A DNA stretch of 64,000 nucleotides from Verrucomicrobiota bacterium (lineage in GTDB: Bacteria; Verrucomicrobiota; Kiritimatiellia; CAJWTS01). This document shows, one piece after another, positions 18,258 through 26,958 of the stretch. The position numbers and the translations under genes were made by a program. The notes beneath the pieces are model-generated. The model made no database searches. It was not told the DNA's origin and saw nothing but the letters and a program-made list of their open reading frames with translations. How positions within the stretch are numbered: position 1 is the first letter of the stretch; each line of letters opens with the position of its first letter. Where the stretch lies: contig JAQBYD010000011.1 of assembly GCA_027623315.1 (NCBI GenBank), positions 4,108 to 68,107 of the forward strand, in the 5' to 3' direction.

Positions 18258-18307
18258 AGCTATCCGTGTTCGTAGTAGGAAAAGTGTGAGATATCCTGGC
18301 ACAGGGA

Positions 18308-18748
18308 ATGATGACGTATACCCCGGTTGGTAGCGACGCCGACATTGAGCTGACCACCGCGGTGGATATCACCGTCAAGAAGGTCGACAACGAAGTCAAG
18401 CGGACGCCAAACGCGGTTACCTGGAATAGTGACAGGTACACGCGCATCGACCTCGAGGGAAAAATCACCCTGACGAACTACAAGGACAAGCCCGTTGTCG
18501 TCGAAATCGTGCGTCATGTGCTTGGCAATATTGATGACACGGGGCAGGGCGGTAAAAGGGAGATGGTGAACCCGTTTGAGGACACGAGCTTCCTTCCGGA
18601 TGAGCATACCTCCACATGGTGGTACGGCCATTCCTGGCCGTGGTGGTGGTATCATTTCAACGGTGTCGGCAGGATCACGTGGACCACGACCCTCGACCCC
18701 GCCACATCGGCTGACCACGAGTATCGCTGGCACTACTTCTGGAGATAG
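18308..18748 (+). CDS. Hypothetical protein with Trp-rich C-terminus
   Basis: 146-aa ORF ending ...WWYGHSWPWWWYHFNGVGRITW... No recognised family. Confidence 0.45.
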   Translation: MMTYTPVGSDADIELTTAVDITVKKVDNEVKRTPNAVTWNSDRYTRIDLEGKITLTNYKDKPVVVEIVRHVLGNIDDTGQGGKREMVNPFEDTSFLPDEHTSTWWYGHSWPWWWYHFNGVGRITWTTTLDPATSADHEYRWHYFWR

Positions 18749-18993
18749 CCTCTGAATTCAGATTGTCCGTAAAACCGGCGTTTCCGGTGGTCAAATGGCC
18801 GTTATTCCTTTGCTTGATTCCGATTCGAGAACCCTATAAATCTCACCAGCAACAGTATCGACGCAGGCGCCGCTACGAGACGGCAAGGAGGTCCCATCGG
18901 CTAGAAAGGATCACTTAAGGGGTCTACCGTATCCCCTTGTGCAAGTTGCGGCGCCCCATGGCGCATCGGATAAATCGAAAAGGAGGAACCTAC

Positions 18994-19395
18994 ATGAGTA
19001 TGATGAAGGAGTTCAAAGAGTTCGCCATTAAGGGGAACATGGTGGACATGGCAGTCGGCATCATCATTGGCGGCGCGTTTGGCAAGATCATCAGTTCGCT
19101 GGTGAGCGATGTCATCATGCCGCCCATAGGCATGCTGATGGGTGGAGTGGATTTCGCGGATAAGGCCGTGATACTCAAAGAGGCTGCGGGAGAGGTCGAG
19201 GCGGTTGCGCTGAGTTACGGCGTATTCACAAACCACGTCCTCGACTTCCTGATTGTAGCCTTCGCGATCTTCATGGTGGTCAAGGGAATCAACTCCATGA
19301 AACGCAAGGAAGCCGCAGCCCCGGCCGCGCCGCCGGAGCCGTCCAAAGAAGAAGTACTGCTTACAGAGATTCGGGATCTACTCAAAAAATCCTGA
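18994..19395 (+). CDS. mscL: Large-conductance mechanosensitive channel MscL
   Basis: Start [33 protein letters not shown]... is a canonical MscL N-terminus. AAGGAGG Shine-Dalgarno 7 nt upstream. Confidence 0.9.
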   Translation: MSMMKEFKEFAIKGNMVDMAVGIIIGGAFGKIISSLVSDVIMPPIGMLMGGVDFADKAVILKEAAGEVEAVALSYGVFTNHVLDFLIVAFAIFMVVKGINSMKRKEAAAPAAPPEPSKEEVLLTEIRDLLKKS

Positions 19396-19438
19396 AGCCA
19401 GACCGAGAGTTAAATCCAAACCAACAAAAGGAATACAT

Positions 19439-20173
19439 ATGTACCGAACAAACACAGTAACATTCGCCGCCGTGGCGGCGCTCGCCGTATCGACCGTAGC
19501 GTTTGCACAGGACACCGATGGTTGGACGTCCGGCCTGAATGCCGGGCTGTCGCTGACTGAAGGAAACAGCGAGACGCTGCAGGCCAACCTGGGCGTCGCG
19601 ACCAAGAGGGTCGAGGGTGACAAAGAGTGCACCGCCGGCCTGAACGTCAACTACGGCGAGAATGGCCCCGTGACGACGACCGAATCGGCGGACGCCAATG
19701 CGAAGCACAGGCAGGCCATTAACGATCGCACGTTTGGCTACGTGGGCGTGGATGCGCTCTACGACGATATCGCACAGGTGGATCACCGCGTCGCGATCGG
19801 ACCCGGTGTCGGCATGAACCTGATGAAAGACGGTGCCGCCACGCTGGACGTAGAGGCGGGCGTCGTGTGGGTCGATGAAGACGTGGCCAACGTTTCGGAC
19901 GACTACGCCGGCTTCCGCGCAGCCGAGTACTACACGCGTCAGCTCAGTGAGACCGCGCGCGTCTGGCAGTCGCTGGAGTTCGTGCCGGAGTTTGACGACT
20001 TCGACAACTTCAACCTGGTTGTGGAGATCGGGGTTGAGGCGACCATGACCGACAGCGTGAACCTGCGCGTCGTGCTCAAGGACCGCTACGACAACACCCC
20101 CGGAATCGTGGCGGGCAAGGAGCTTGATGAGAACGACCTCACGCTCATCGCGGGCGTCGGCATAAAGCTCTAA
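19439..20173 (+). CDS. DUF481-type outer-membrane beta-barrel protein
   Basis: 244-aa ORF with signal peptide and alternating amphipathic beta-strands. Resembles the DUF481/YdiY-like family. Confidence 0.65.
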   Translation: MYRTNTVTFAAVAALAVSTVAFAQDTDGWTSGLNAGLSLTEGNSETLQANLGVATKRVEGDKECTAGLNVNYGENGPVTTTESADANAKHRQAINDRTFGYVGVDALYDDIAQVDHRVAIGPGVGMNLMKDGAATLDVEAGVVWVDEDVANVSDDYAGFRAAEYYTRQLSETARVWQSLEFVPEFDDFDNFNLVVEIGVEATMTDSVNLRVVLKDRYDNTPGIVAGKELDENDLTLIAGVGIKL

Positions 20174-20201
20174 ACGTCAAGTTAGTCTGTTTGATTCTGA
20201 G

Positions 20202-20237
20202 AAGCCCCCGGGATTCCCCCGGGGGCTTTTCTTTTTC
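20202..20237 (+). terminator. Rho-independent terminator
   Basis: agcccccgg-gattc-ccgggggct hairpin followed by ttttcttttt, directly after the DUF481 gene. Confidence 0.8.
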
Positions 20238-20375
20238 GGCGCAAAGCGCTCTTTGCGTTGCTTGTGCTCTTTGTGCTTTAATCGCCTTCGCTGGCAGCAG
20301 GTACTTCAGAACAGGCGGCAGCCAAAGGACGTAGCATTGGTGAAAGATTAGGCGGTTGAAACGGAGGATAGCGCG

Positions 20376-20618
20376 ATGACGATAGAAGTGCTTACGTCGT
20401 TCTTCATGTGGTGCACCATAATGAACGGTGCACTGTTGACACTTTGGGTCGGGTTCTTCATGGCGGCACCGGATTTGGTGTACCGCACGCAGAGCCGGTT
20501 CTTTTCGATTCCACGGGACGCGTTCGATGTGGTGATGTACTGCTTTCTCGGGATGTTTAAGATATTCTTCCTGGTCTTTAACCTCATTCCTTACCTGGCT
20601 TTGCTGATTATCGGATAA
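20376..20618 (+). CDS. Small two-TM hypothetical membrane protein
   Basis: 80-aa hydrophobic ORF in lower-GC DNA. Confidence 0.4.
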   Translation: MTIEVLTSFFMWCTIMNGALLTLWVGFFMAAPDLVYRTQSRFFSIPRDAFDVVMYCFLGMFKIFFLVFNLIPYLALLIIG

Positions 20619-20653
20619 CGAAGCGGGGCTTGAAGAATTCCCGGCGCCCGCGC

Positions 20654-20695
20654 GTGCCCTGAAAGTAGAAGCGGCGTCCCGCCGCTTTCGGGCAC
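20654..20695. repeat. Palindromic element copy 1 (gtgccctgaaAGTAGAAGCGGCGTCCCGCCGCTTTCgggcac). The 26-nt core is repeated exactly at 53662..53687.
   Basis: The exact 26-mer agtagaagcggcgtcccgccgctttc occurs twice in the window. It forms the hairpin aagcggc-gtccc-gccgctt. Confidence 0.6.
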
Positions 20696-20865
20696 TGGTC
20701 GGGAGTTTGGGTGGAGTAAGCGGCGAGACGCCACGTCTGCAGTATGAATCATCCAAATCCAGTCGTGTTTGAGAGCAACGCGACGGGCCAGTCTACAAGA
20801 TCATCGGGGATCTCAGCCTGGGGCCTCTCTGAGGAGTCTGGAAGGAACCCGTAGCAGCCGGAGGG

Positions 20866-21336
20866 TTGGACCGAATGATCAAGATTGAGAGAATGAAACC
20901 GGCTTCGAAGAAGCTGATCCCGACCCTTGTATTTCTCGCGCTCGCCTGCCTGCTGTGGGTCGAACGGGAACGTTCAGACGATCCCGGGGGCTCCTCCGGT
21001 CATAGTGATGACGCGCTGGCAACGGCTTTCGAGCATCGCCGCAGCAATCTTGACGTAGAAGCCGAGGGGGTCGTGATCAAGGTTCTGCCGGATGACAACG
21101 AGGGAAGTCGGCATCAGCGCTTCATCGTGAAGTTGCGCTCCGGTCAAACCCTCATCATCGCGCACAATATAGACTTAGCGCGTCGGATTTTGTCACTCGC
21201 GGAAGGGGATAGCGTTGCCTTCCGTGGTGAATACGAGTGGAACCCACAGGGGGGTGTCATTCATTGGACGCATCATGACCCGGGTGGTCGTCACGTGGCA
21301 GGTTGGCTGATGCACGATGGAAAGAAGTACCAATAG
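20866..21336 (+). CDS. DUF3465-like protein
   Basis: C-terminal segment VLPDDNEGSRHQRFIVKLRSGQTLIIAHNIDLA...GEYEWNPQGGVIHWTHHDPGGRHVAGWL matches my recollection of DUF3465. N-terminal signal anchor. Confidence 0.55.
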   Translation: MDRMIKIERMKPASKKLIPTLVFLALACLLWVERERSDDPGGSSGHSDDALATAFEHRRSNLDVEAEGVVIKVLPDDNEGSRHQRFIVKLRSGQTLIIAHNIDLARRILSLAEGDSVAFRGEYEWNPQGGVIHWTHHDPGGRHVAGWLMHDGKKYQ

Positions 21337-21419
21337 CTTCCACTTCGCCGAGTCTGGTGGTAGAGAGTTGGACGCGAATGCCTGATTGCGATAGGGGCTA
21401 ACACAGAAAGGAAATCACG

Positions 21420-22007
21420 ATGCATGACGTGCTGAGTAAGAATCTCTACCTCGTTAAGGAACATGTTGGGATGTTCAAGGCGGCGAATAATTACGATATC
21501 CATGATCCGGAGACCGGGGAGATCATGATGGAGTGTCGGGAGGATAATCTGGGCGTCATGACCAAGCTGTTCAGGTTCACGGACTACAGGCGGATGACGC
21601 CCTTCGACGTCCAGGTCAGGACGCCCGCCGGAGAGCAAGTCGTTCGCGTGAAGCGCGGCATTTCCGTATTCCTGTCAAAGGTGGAGGTTTTCGATGAAGC
21701 GGACCGTGCCATCGGCAGTTTCTCCCAGAAGCTATTCTCGATCGGTGGAGCCTTTACGGTGCTCGATGCCGGCGCGAACGCGGTGTGTCAGCTCAAGGGG
21801 AAGTGGACCGGCTGGGACTTCCGGTTCCTCGCGGGCGAAGCCGAGCTCGCGCATGTTACGAAGAAATGGGCCGGCCTCGGAAAAGAGATGTTCACCAGCG
21901 CGGACAACTACGTGTTGCAGATATCCGACAGTGTGCCTGCCGACAACGTGGCGCGCCAACTGATCCTCGCCGCCGTGATGTGCATCGACATGGTGCTTAA
22001 GGAGTAG
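21420..22007 (+). CDS. LOR/YxjI-like (Tubby C-terminal-like, DUF567) family protein
   Basis: 195-aa ORF whose segment order parallels Bacillus YxjI/LURP-one-related proteins (YDIHDPETGE..., ...QLILAAVMCIDMV). Confidence 0.5.
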   Translation: MHDVLSKNLYLVKEHVGMFKAANNYDIHDPETGEIMMECREDNLGVMTKLFRFTDYRRMTPFDVQVRTPAGEQVVRVKRGISVFLSKVEVFDEADRAIGSFSQKLFSIGGAFTVLDAGANAVCQLKGKWTGWDFRFLAGEAELAHVTKKWAGLGKEMFTSADNYVLQISDSVPADNVARQLILAAVMCIDMVLKE

Positions 22008-22237
22008 TCGACGGGAATTCATCGTCAAGCGTGACCGTCGTATTCATCGGAGAAGACAGTACTGCAGAGGCCAAGAACGTGCAATTCCAGGGCAAATTAG
22101 CGGTTGCATTCGCGGCATGCCCCGATCATAGTTCGGCGTCGGTCAGTTAGGACCGGCCCCGATCCTCACTTGGTGTCGTCGTGGCGTAGTCGGGATGCGA
22201 GAGACGTGACACAAATACATAAGCAAGGAGATATCGA

Positions 22238-22606
22238 ATGGATATCTATGTCGGCAATCTGCCCTACCAGGTGGACGATCAAGCGCTGCAGGATCTGTTT
22301 GCGCAACACGGTACGGTTAGTTCAGCGCGAGTGATCACGGACAAGTTTTCGGGTGACTCCAAGGGGTTCGGCTTCGTTGAGATGCCGGACAAGACCGAAG
22401 CACTCGCGGCGATCAAGGCCACGAGCGAGCAGGACTTCATGGGGCGCAACTTGCGCGTCAACGAATCGCAGCCCAAACCTCGAGACGGCGGCGGCGGCGG
22501 TGGTCGTGGTGGCGGCGGCGGCGGCGCCGGTGGTGGCCGCGGTGGCCGCGGTGGTCGTGGCGGCGGCGGTGGCGGCGGTGGTGGAGGACGTGACCGTCGT
22601 TGGTAG
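22238..22606 (+). CDS. RRM-type RNA-binding protein with Gly/Arg-rich (RGG) tail
   Basis: MDIYVGNLPYQVDDQALQDLF...KGFGFVEM (RNP2/RNP1 motifs) followed by GGGGRGG repeats. Long 230-nt 5' leader. AAGGAG Shine-Dalgarno. Confidence 0.85.
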   Translation: MDIYVGNLPYQVDDQALQDLFAQHGTVSSARVITDKFSGDSKGFGFVEMPDKTEALAAIKATSEQDFMGRNLRVNESQPKPRDGGGGGGRGGGGGGAGGGRGGRGGRGGGGGGGGGGRDRRW

Positions 22607-22644
22607 GCGGATCAAGTTCAGACACTTGACCAGTTTGCACTAGC

Positions 22645-22677
22645 AAAAGGCGCGCTTCGGCGCGCCTTTTGTTTTTC
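22645..22677 (+). terminator. Rho-independent terminator
   Basis: aaaaggcgcgc-ttcg-gcgcgcctttt followed by gttttt, after the RRM gene. Confidence 0.8.
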
Positions 22678-22696
22678 CAGGAGAGTTCTGAGAGGT

Positions 22697-22772
22697 GGGC
22701 GAGTGACGGGACTCGAACCCGCGACTTTCAGGATCACAACCTGACGCTCTAACCAACTGAGCTACACCCGCC
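22697..22772 (-). tRNA. tRNA-His (anticodon GTG)
   Basis: Reverse complement folds as a cloverleaf: GGCGGGTG-TA-GCTC-AGTTGGTTA-GAGC-G-TCAGG-TTGTGAT-CCTGA-AAGTC-GCGGG-TTCGAGT-CCCGT-CACTCGCC. Anticodon GTG. The extra G at -1 pairs with C73, which is the His identity element. CCA is not encoded. Confidence 0.85.
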
Positions 22773-22818
22773 ATCGGTAAGCTGCATATTCTATGGGTTC
22801 AGCTGGTTGGAGAAAAGC

Positions 22819-23607
22819 TCAAACTTTCCCCGGGGGTTCGGGGAAGCGCCCCTCCTGGGCTTCGCGGACGATCTGGATGGTATCGACGGGAAAGTCGCTG
22901 CGCGTCATCCACTTGGTGAATCCAGGGTCATTGGCGATGAGATCCTTAAGCAACACGCCCTTGTTCTTGCCGAAATTCAGGGCGACGTCTGCGGCGACCC
23001 ACTTCAGGCGGCCGGCGCGGTCGACCCAGGTGGGGTCGCGTGGATCGGAATAGTCAGCCAGCGCTGGAATATCCTGCGGGAGATCCGGATACTTTCGGAA
23101 CTGGCCCTCAAAGACGCTGATCGTGGCTTCCACATCGGCCACTGCTCCGTGTGCGCCGTCGTGTATCTCGTCGCAATAGAATGCCAGCGCGGCGGTCAGG
23201 TCGCGCGGCTCGCGCTTGTGGTAAATTCGCTGCGCATCGATGATTCTGCGCTCCGCGACGGAAAACCGTATTTTGGCGCGAAGGAACTCCGCCTCGAGCA
23301 ACGGGATGTCGTAGCGGATCAAGTTGTAGCCGCCAAGGTCGCAGCCTTCGAAGATCTGCTCGATCTCGTGAGCAACGGATTCGAAGAGTGGCGCGTCGGC
23401 GACGTCGGCGTCGTAGATTCCGTGAATCGCGGTCGTCTCAGCAGGAATCGGGACTCCCGGGTTTACCCGGTAAAAGTAGGACTCACGCTCATTCGCGGGC
23501 GTCAACTTGATCATGGCGAGGTCGATAAGACGGTCGCGGTGCGGGTTTGCACCCGTTGCCTCGATGTCGAAGAAGAGGATGGGACGGGTAATATTCCACT
23601 GGAACAT
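22819..23607 (-). CDS. DnaQ-like 3'-5' exonuclease (DEDDh) with C-terminal extension
   Basis: FFDIEATG (Exo I), HGIYDADV, and the YH...D Exo III region. The last roughly 90 aa are not exonuclease-like. Confidence 0.75.
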   Translation of the reverse strand: MFQWNITRPILFFDIEATGANPHRDRLIDLAMIKLTPANERESYFYRVNPGVPIPAETTAIHGIYDADVADAPLFESVAHEIEQIFEGCDLGGYNLIRYDIPLLEAEFLRAKIRFSVAERRIIDAQRIYHKREPRDLTAALAFYCDEIHDGAHGAVADVEATISVFEGQFRKYPDLPQDIPALADYSDPRDPTWVDRAGRLKWVAADVALNFGKNKGVLLKDLIANDPGFTKWMTRSDFPVDTIQIVREAQEGRFPEPPGKV

Positions 23608-23744
23608 GGGGCAGATTTCCTTAGGTTACCGACTCTCTTGTTTCGGTTTCAGGTAGAAAAGAGGTCGTTTTATCAGAAATCCTTTGACATGCAATCCGAT
23701 TCTGAACATAGTTAGCGGCCTTATTTTTCTACAAGGAGAAAAAG

Positions 23745-23897
23745 ATGTCCCAACACGCTAGTCTCAAAGCGGCAAAGAAAATCGTCGCGAAACGTAATGT
23801 CTTGAAGCGATTCGAGCGAATCGATCTGCTTCGTACGCGAGGTCTTTGGAAACAGGGGGACCGAGGTCATGGGCTCCCCAAAACCAAGGCCGAATGA
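23745..23897 (+). CDS. Small basic protein (50 aa) with strong Shine-Dalgarno. Not in the ORF track (<60 aa).
   Basis: aaggagaaaaag ATG... translates to MSQHASLKAAKKIVAKRNVLKRFERIDLLRTRGLWKQGDRGHGLPKTKAE. AAGGAG sits 8 nt upstream. The 3' end overlaps the annotated rluB start by 29 nt. Confidence 0.4.
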   Translation: MSQHASLKAAKKIVAKRNVLKRFERIDLLRTRGLWKQGDRGHGLPKTKAE

Positions 23898-24636
23898 CCC
23901 GGATCGCTGCCGACTTCAAAAGCACCTCGCCCAATGCGGAATTGGATCGCGACGCGCCTGTGAAGAGCTGATCGCGGGCGGCAGCGTGAGCGTGAACGAT
24001 CAGATCGTCACGCAACTGGGAACCTCGATCGACCCGAACGAGGACGTCGTATGTGTTGATGGGCGGCGTGTGCGCCGCGAGCGTCACGTCTATATTCTGC
24101 TGAACAAGCCCAGGGATGTGCTCTGCACCGCAAGCGATCCGCAGGGGCGAAAGATCTTTAAGGACCTGCTGCAGGCGGTTCCGGTACGAACGTACACGGT
24201 GGGGCGCCTGGACCGTGATAGTGAAGGGATGCTGATTGTGACAAACGACGGCCGACTGGCGCAGCATCTGACCCATCCTCGCTACCATGTGAAGAAGCAT
24301 TACCGGGTATGGACGGAGGGCCGGCTGTCGAAGGAGCAGATTCGCAGAATGCGCGACGGAATCGAATCGGACGGCGAGATGTTGGTCGCCGCGGACATAC
24401 GCCTCGAGGGCGATCGCGATGGACTGCAGCGGTATCACATGGAATTGCAAGAGGGCCGCAAGCGGCAGATTCGCCGAATGTTTGCGGCGTGTGGACAGAA
24501 GCTTTGGCGCTTGCAGCGTATCGCGATCGGTGGAATGAAGCTCGGTGCCTTGAAGCCGGGCGATTGGAGATATCTAGAGGACGCGGAGATTCGGCAATTG
24601 TGTCGCGAGGCACAATGCCCGGAGCTAACCCCATGA
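23869..24636 (+). CDS. rluB: 23S rRNA pseudouridine synthase, RluB/RsuA family
   Basis: S4 domain (LQKHLAQCGIGSRRACEELI) and the catalytic RLDRDSEG/HYRV motifs. The start may be slightly downstream. Confidence 0.85.
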   Translation: MGSPKPRPNDPDRCRLQKHLAQCGIGSRRACEELIAGGSVSVNDQIVTQLGTSIDPNEDVVCVDGRRVRRERHVYILLNKPRDVLCTASDPQGRKIFKDLLQAVPVRTYTVGRLDRDSEGMLIVTNDGRLAQHLTHPRYHVKKHYRVWTEGRLSKEQIRRMRDGIESDGEMLVAADIRLEGDRDGLQRYHMELQEGRKRQIRRMFAACGQKLWRLQRIAIGGMKLGALKPGDWRYLEDAEIRQLCREAQCPELTP

Positions 24637-25562
24637 GCGTGAAGTCCCAGCCCCGTGCCGGAGATCTGCGCACGATCGCGGTATTCCTTCTTTTAGGTCT
24701 GGTTGCCACACCGGGCGTGGCGCTCGATAAAGTGTACGAGGTCACGGGCAACCGCGTGAATCTGCGCGCATCGGCCACCCTGGAGAGCGAAATCGTGGGC
24801 GTCGCATCGCGCGGTGATCGTGTGATCGTTCGCCGCATCGTCGGCAAGTGGGCGCAGATTCGCCCGCCGGAACATGTCAGTTTCTGGATACACGGCGCGT
24901 TCGTGCAGGATGACCTGGTGACGGCCGCGCAGTTGAACGTCCGCGCATCTCCCGATATTCGAGCCGCCACGCTGGGTAAGATTGACCGCGGGCAAAAGGT
25001 CAAGGTTCGTACGCGCGAGGATGATTGGCTGGAGATCGCCGCCCCGGAAGGCATCACGGCATGGATCAATCTTCCTTTTATCGCCGAGCCGAGCGTGGCA
25101 CACGAGCAATATTCGGCGGCCCCGGTTGCCGTTTTGAAGGAACCCCCCGCGAAGCCGGTGCAAGCGGTGCCCGTGGCGCCAGTGCAGAGCCCGCAAGCGG
25201 CGCATGCTTCCGCGAAGAAGCCACCCCGGCTTTCGCTGACACCGGGCGTCATCCCGAAGCGCGAGGTGAATCGGCCGGGGCCGGAGTCCACGCAGAGCCT
25301 GGGATCGGAATCGCCGCGTGGACGCGCTGCGCAGTATGAAGGAGTCGTGCAAAAGGCCGCGTGGGTTCTGCGCCGGCCGAGCGAGTACAAACTGGTCGGC
25401 AGGGCGGGTGGCCGTGCTCACACGATTTGCTACCTGAAGTTCGACTCGACCAGGTTGGAGCCGCTGGTGGGGCGTGCCGTCCTGGTGACGGGACGTGAAT
25501 ACCTGGTCGACGGCGTGCGACACAGCGTGCTTGAAGCGAGCCGCGTCGAGGAGCAGCCATGA
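24633..25562 (+). CDS. Secreted protein with two bacterial SH3 (SH3b) domains and a Pro-rich linker
   Basis: Internal start MSVKS of ORF 24309..25562, overlapping the rluB stop as ATGA. Signal peptide. Two SH3b-like segments of the form ...VNLRAS..E.VG...GD.V.V.....W..I. Confidence 0.6.
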   Translation: MSVKSQPRAGDLRTIAVFLLLGLVATPGVALDKVYEVTGNRVNLRASATLESEIVGVASRGDRVIVRRIVGKWAQIRPPEHVSFWIHGAFVQDDLVTAAQLNVRASPDIRAATLGKIDRGQKVKVRTREDDWLEIAAPEGITAWINLPFIAEPSVAHEQYSAAPVAVLKEPPAKPVQAVPVAPVQSPQAAHASAKKPPRLSLTPGVIPKREVNRPGPESTQSLGSESPRGRAAQYEGVVQKAAWVLRRPSEYKLVGRAGGRAHTICYLKFDSTRLEPLVGRAVLVTGREYLVDGVRHSVLEASRVEEQP

Positions 25563-26914
25563 GGGTATTGATCGTCGGAGCAGGGGTTACCGGAACCACG
25601 TTGGCGGCGCGATTGTGCGAGGAGCAGCACGACGTGGTCATTATTGATTGCGACCCAAAAGCGCTGGACGAAGTCACCCAGCGCTCCGACGTGATGACCG
25701 TGGTCGGGTCCGGAACCAATCCAGTGACGCTCAGCGAAGCCGGTATTGCTAAGACCGATCTCCTGGTAGCCGTCACCGATAATGACGAACGAAATATGCT
25801 GGCATGCGCGATGGCCAAGCGCGCAGGCGTTGCGCGCACGGTCGCGCATGTCACGGACATGAGCCACGCCGCCGTCACCGATTGGTACACGCATGAATTG
25901 CTGGGCGTGGACGTTATCGTGAGCCAGAGCGAAGAGGCCGCGCGCGAGTTGTTCAATATTCTCCAACTGCCGAGCGCCAGCGAAGTGGTTCGAATGCTCG
26001 ACGGTCGCGTGCAGGTCGTGGGCGTGCGCGTGGGCGCCGAGAGTGTTCTGTTCGGTGCCACGCCCGCCGCATTCCCCAAACCGGAGTTCCTGGAATCGAT
26101 TCGATTTGTTGCCATCATGCGCGGCGGTAAATTGATCGTGCCGCGGGGTGACACCGTGTTCATTGAGGACGACCAGCTCTACGTGCTGGGTACGCCGTCG
26201 AAGACGCTCGAATTCGTGCAGTGGGCGTGTCCTCTGCAGCATGAGACGATGAAGGTGATTATTGCCGGCGGAGGGGGCACTGGATTTCCCCTCGCGCGGC
26301 GACTTGAGCAGACCAATACGAATATCGTTCTGATCGAGCCCGATAGCGAGCGCGCTTCGTTTTGCTCCTCCGAACTCGGCCGGACCCTCGTGTTGCAGGC
26401 GGATGTGTTGAACGAGGATACGTTGCGGGACGTTGGCATTACGGAACAGACAACATTCGTTGCCGTGACGGGAAGCGATGAGAGGAATATCCTGTCCGGG
26501 ATCCTGGCCAAAAAACTTGGGGCGCCCTTCGTGTTGTCACAGGTCAGCCTGCCCGGGATTGTTTCCATTGCCGAAAGTATCGATGCGTTGGATCGCGTCA
26601 TCAGTTTGAAGAAATCAACCACCGACGCGATTCTGCACCTCGCACGCTGGCGTAATATCGAGCACTACGCATTTCTGCGTACGGTACCCGGACAACTGCT
26701 CGAGTTTCACGTCGAGGAGACGTCCAAGTGGAAAGGCAGCGAGATTCGGGACGTGCCGATGCCCCACGATGCCATCATCGCGGCCGTTGTTCGCGGCCCC
26801 AACGTGATGGTGGCTACCGGAACGTTAGCCCTCGAAGTGGATGATCGAGTGGTTGTCTTTGCGCATCCGGACGTCGTGGATAAGGTGGAGACCACGGTGA
26901 ATGTGACCGTGTAG
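25559..26914 (+). CDS. trkA: Trk potassium uptake system NAD-binding subunit TrkA
   Basis: Two RCK_N Rossmann motifs (MRVLIVGAGVTG, VIIAGGGGTG) and two RCK_C domains. Overlaps the upstream stop (ATGA). Confidence 0.9.
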   Translation: MRVLIVGAGVTGTTLAARLCEEQHDVVIIDCDPKALDEVTQRSDVMTVVGSGTNPVTLSEAGIAKTDLLVAVTDNDERNMLACAMAKRAGVARTVAHVTDMSHAAVTDWYTHELLGVDVIVSQSEEAARELFNILQLPSASEVVRMLDGRVQVVGVRVGAESVLFGATPAAFPKPEFLESIRFVAIMRGGKLIVPRGDTVFIEDDQLYVLGTPSKTLEFVQWACPLQHETMKVIIAGGGGTGFPLARRLEQTNTNIVLIEPDSERASFCSSELGRTLVLQADVLNEDTLRDVGITEQTTFVAVTGSDERNILSGILAKKLGAPFVLSQVSLPGIVSIAESIDALDRVISLKKSTTDAILHLARWRNIEHYAFLRTVPGQLLEFHVEETSKWKGSEIRDVPMPHDAIIAAVVRGPNVMVATGTLALEVDDRVVVFAHPDVVDKVETTVNVTV

Positions 26915-26958
26915 ACGTCGGCGACTCCGATTCTGTAGTCTCGATCCATTTTGGGTTC

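Noticed and set aside
22697-22772. tRNA-His as an integration site of a classical genomic island
   Set aside because: I found no integrase or recombinase gene and no direct repeat of the tRNA 3' end in the adjacent lower-GC stretch. Only compositional evidence remains.
22807-23715. 302-aa plus-strand ORF
   Set aside because: Antisense of the DnaQ-like exonuclease gene.
24158-25523. Large minus-strand ORFs (410 aa and 276 aa)
   Set aside because: Arg/Ala/Pro-rich low-complexity translations antisense to the SH3-domain gene and rluB. No motifs.
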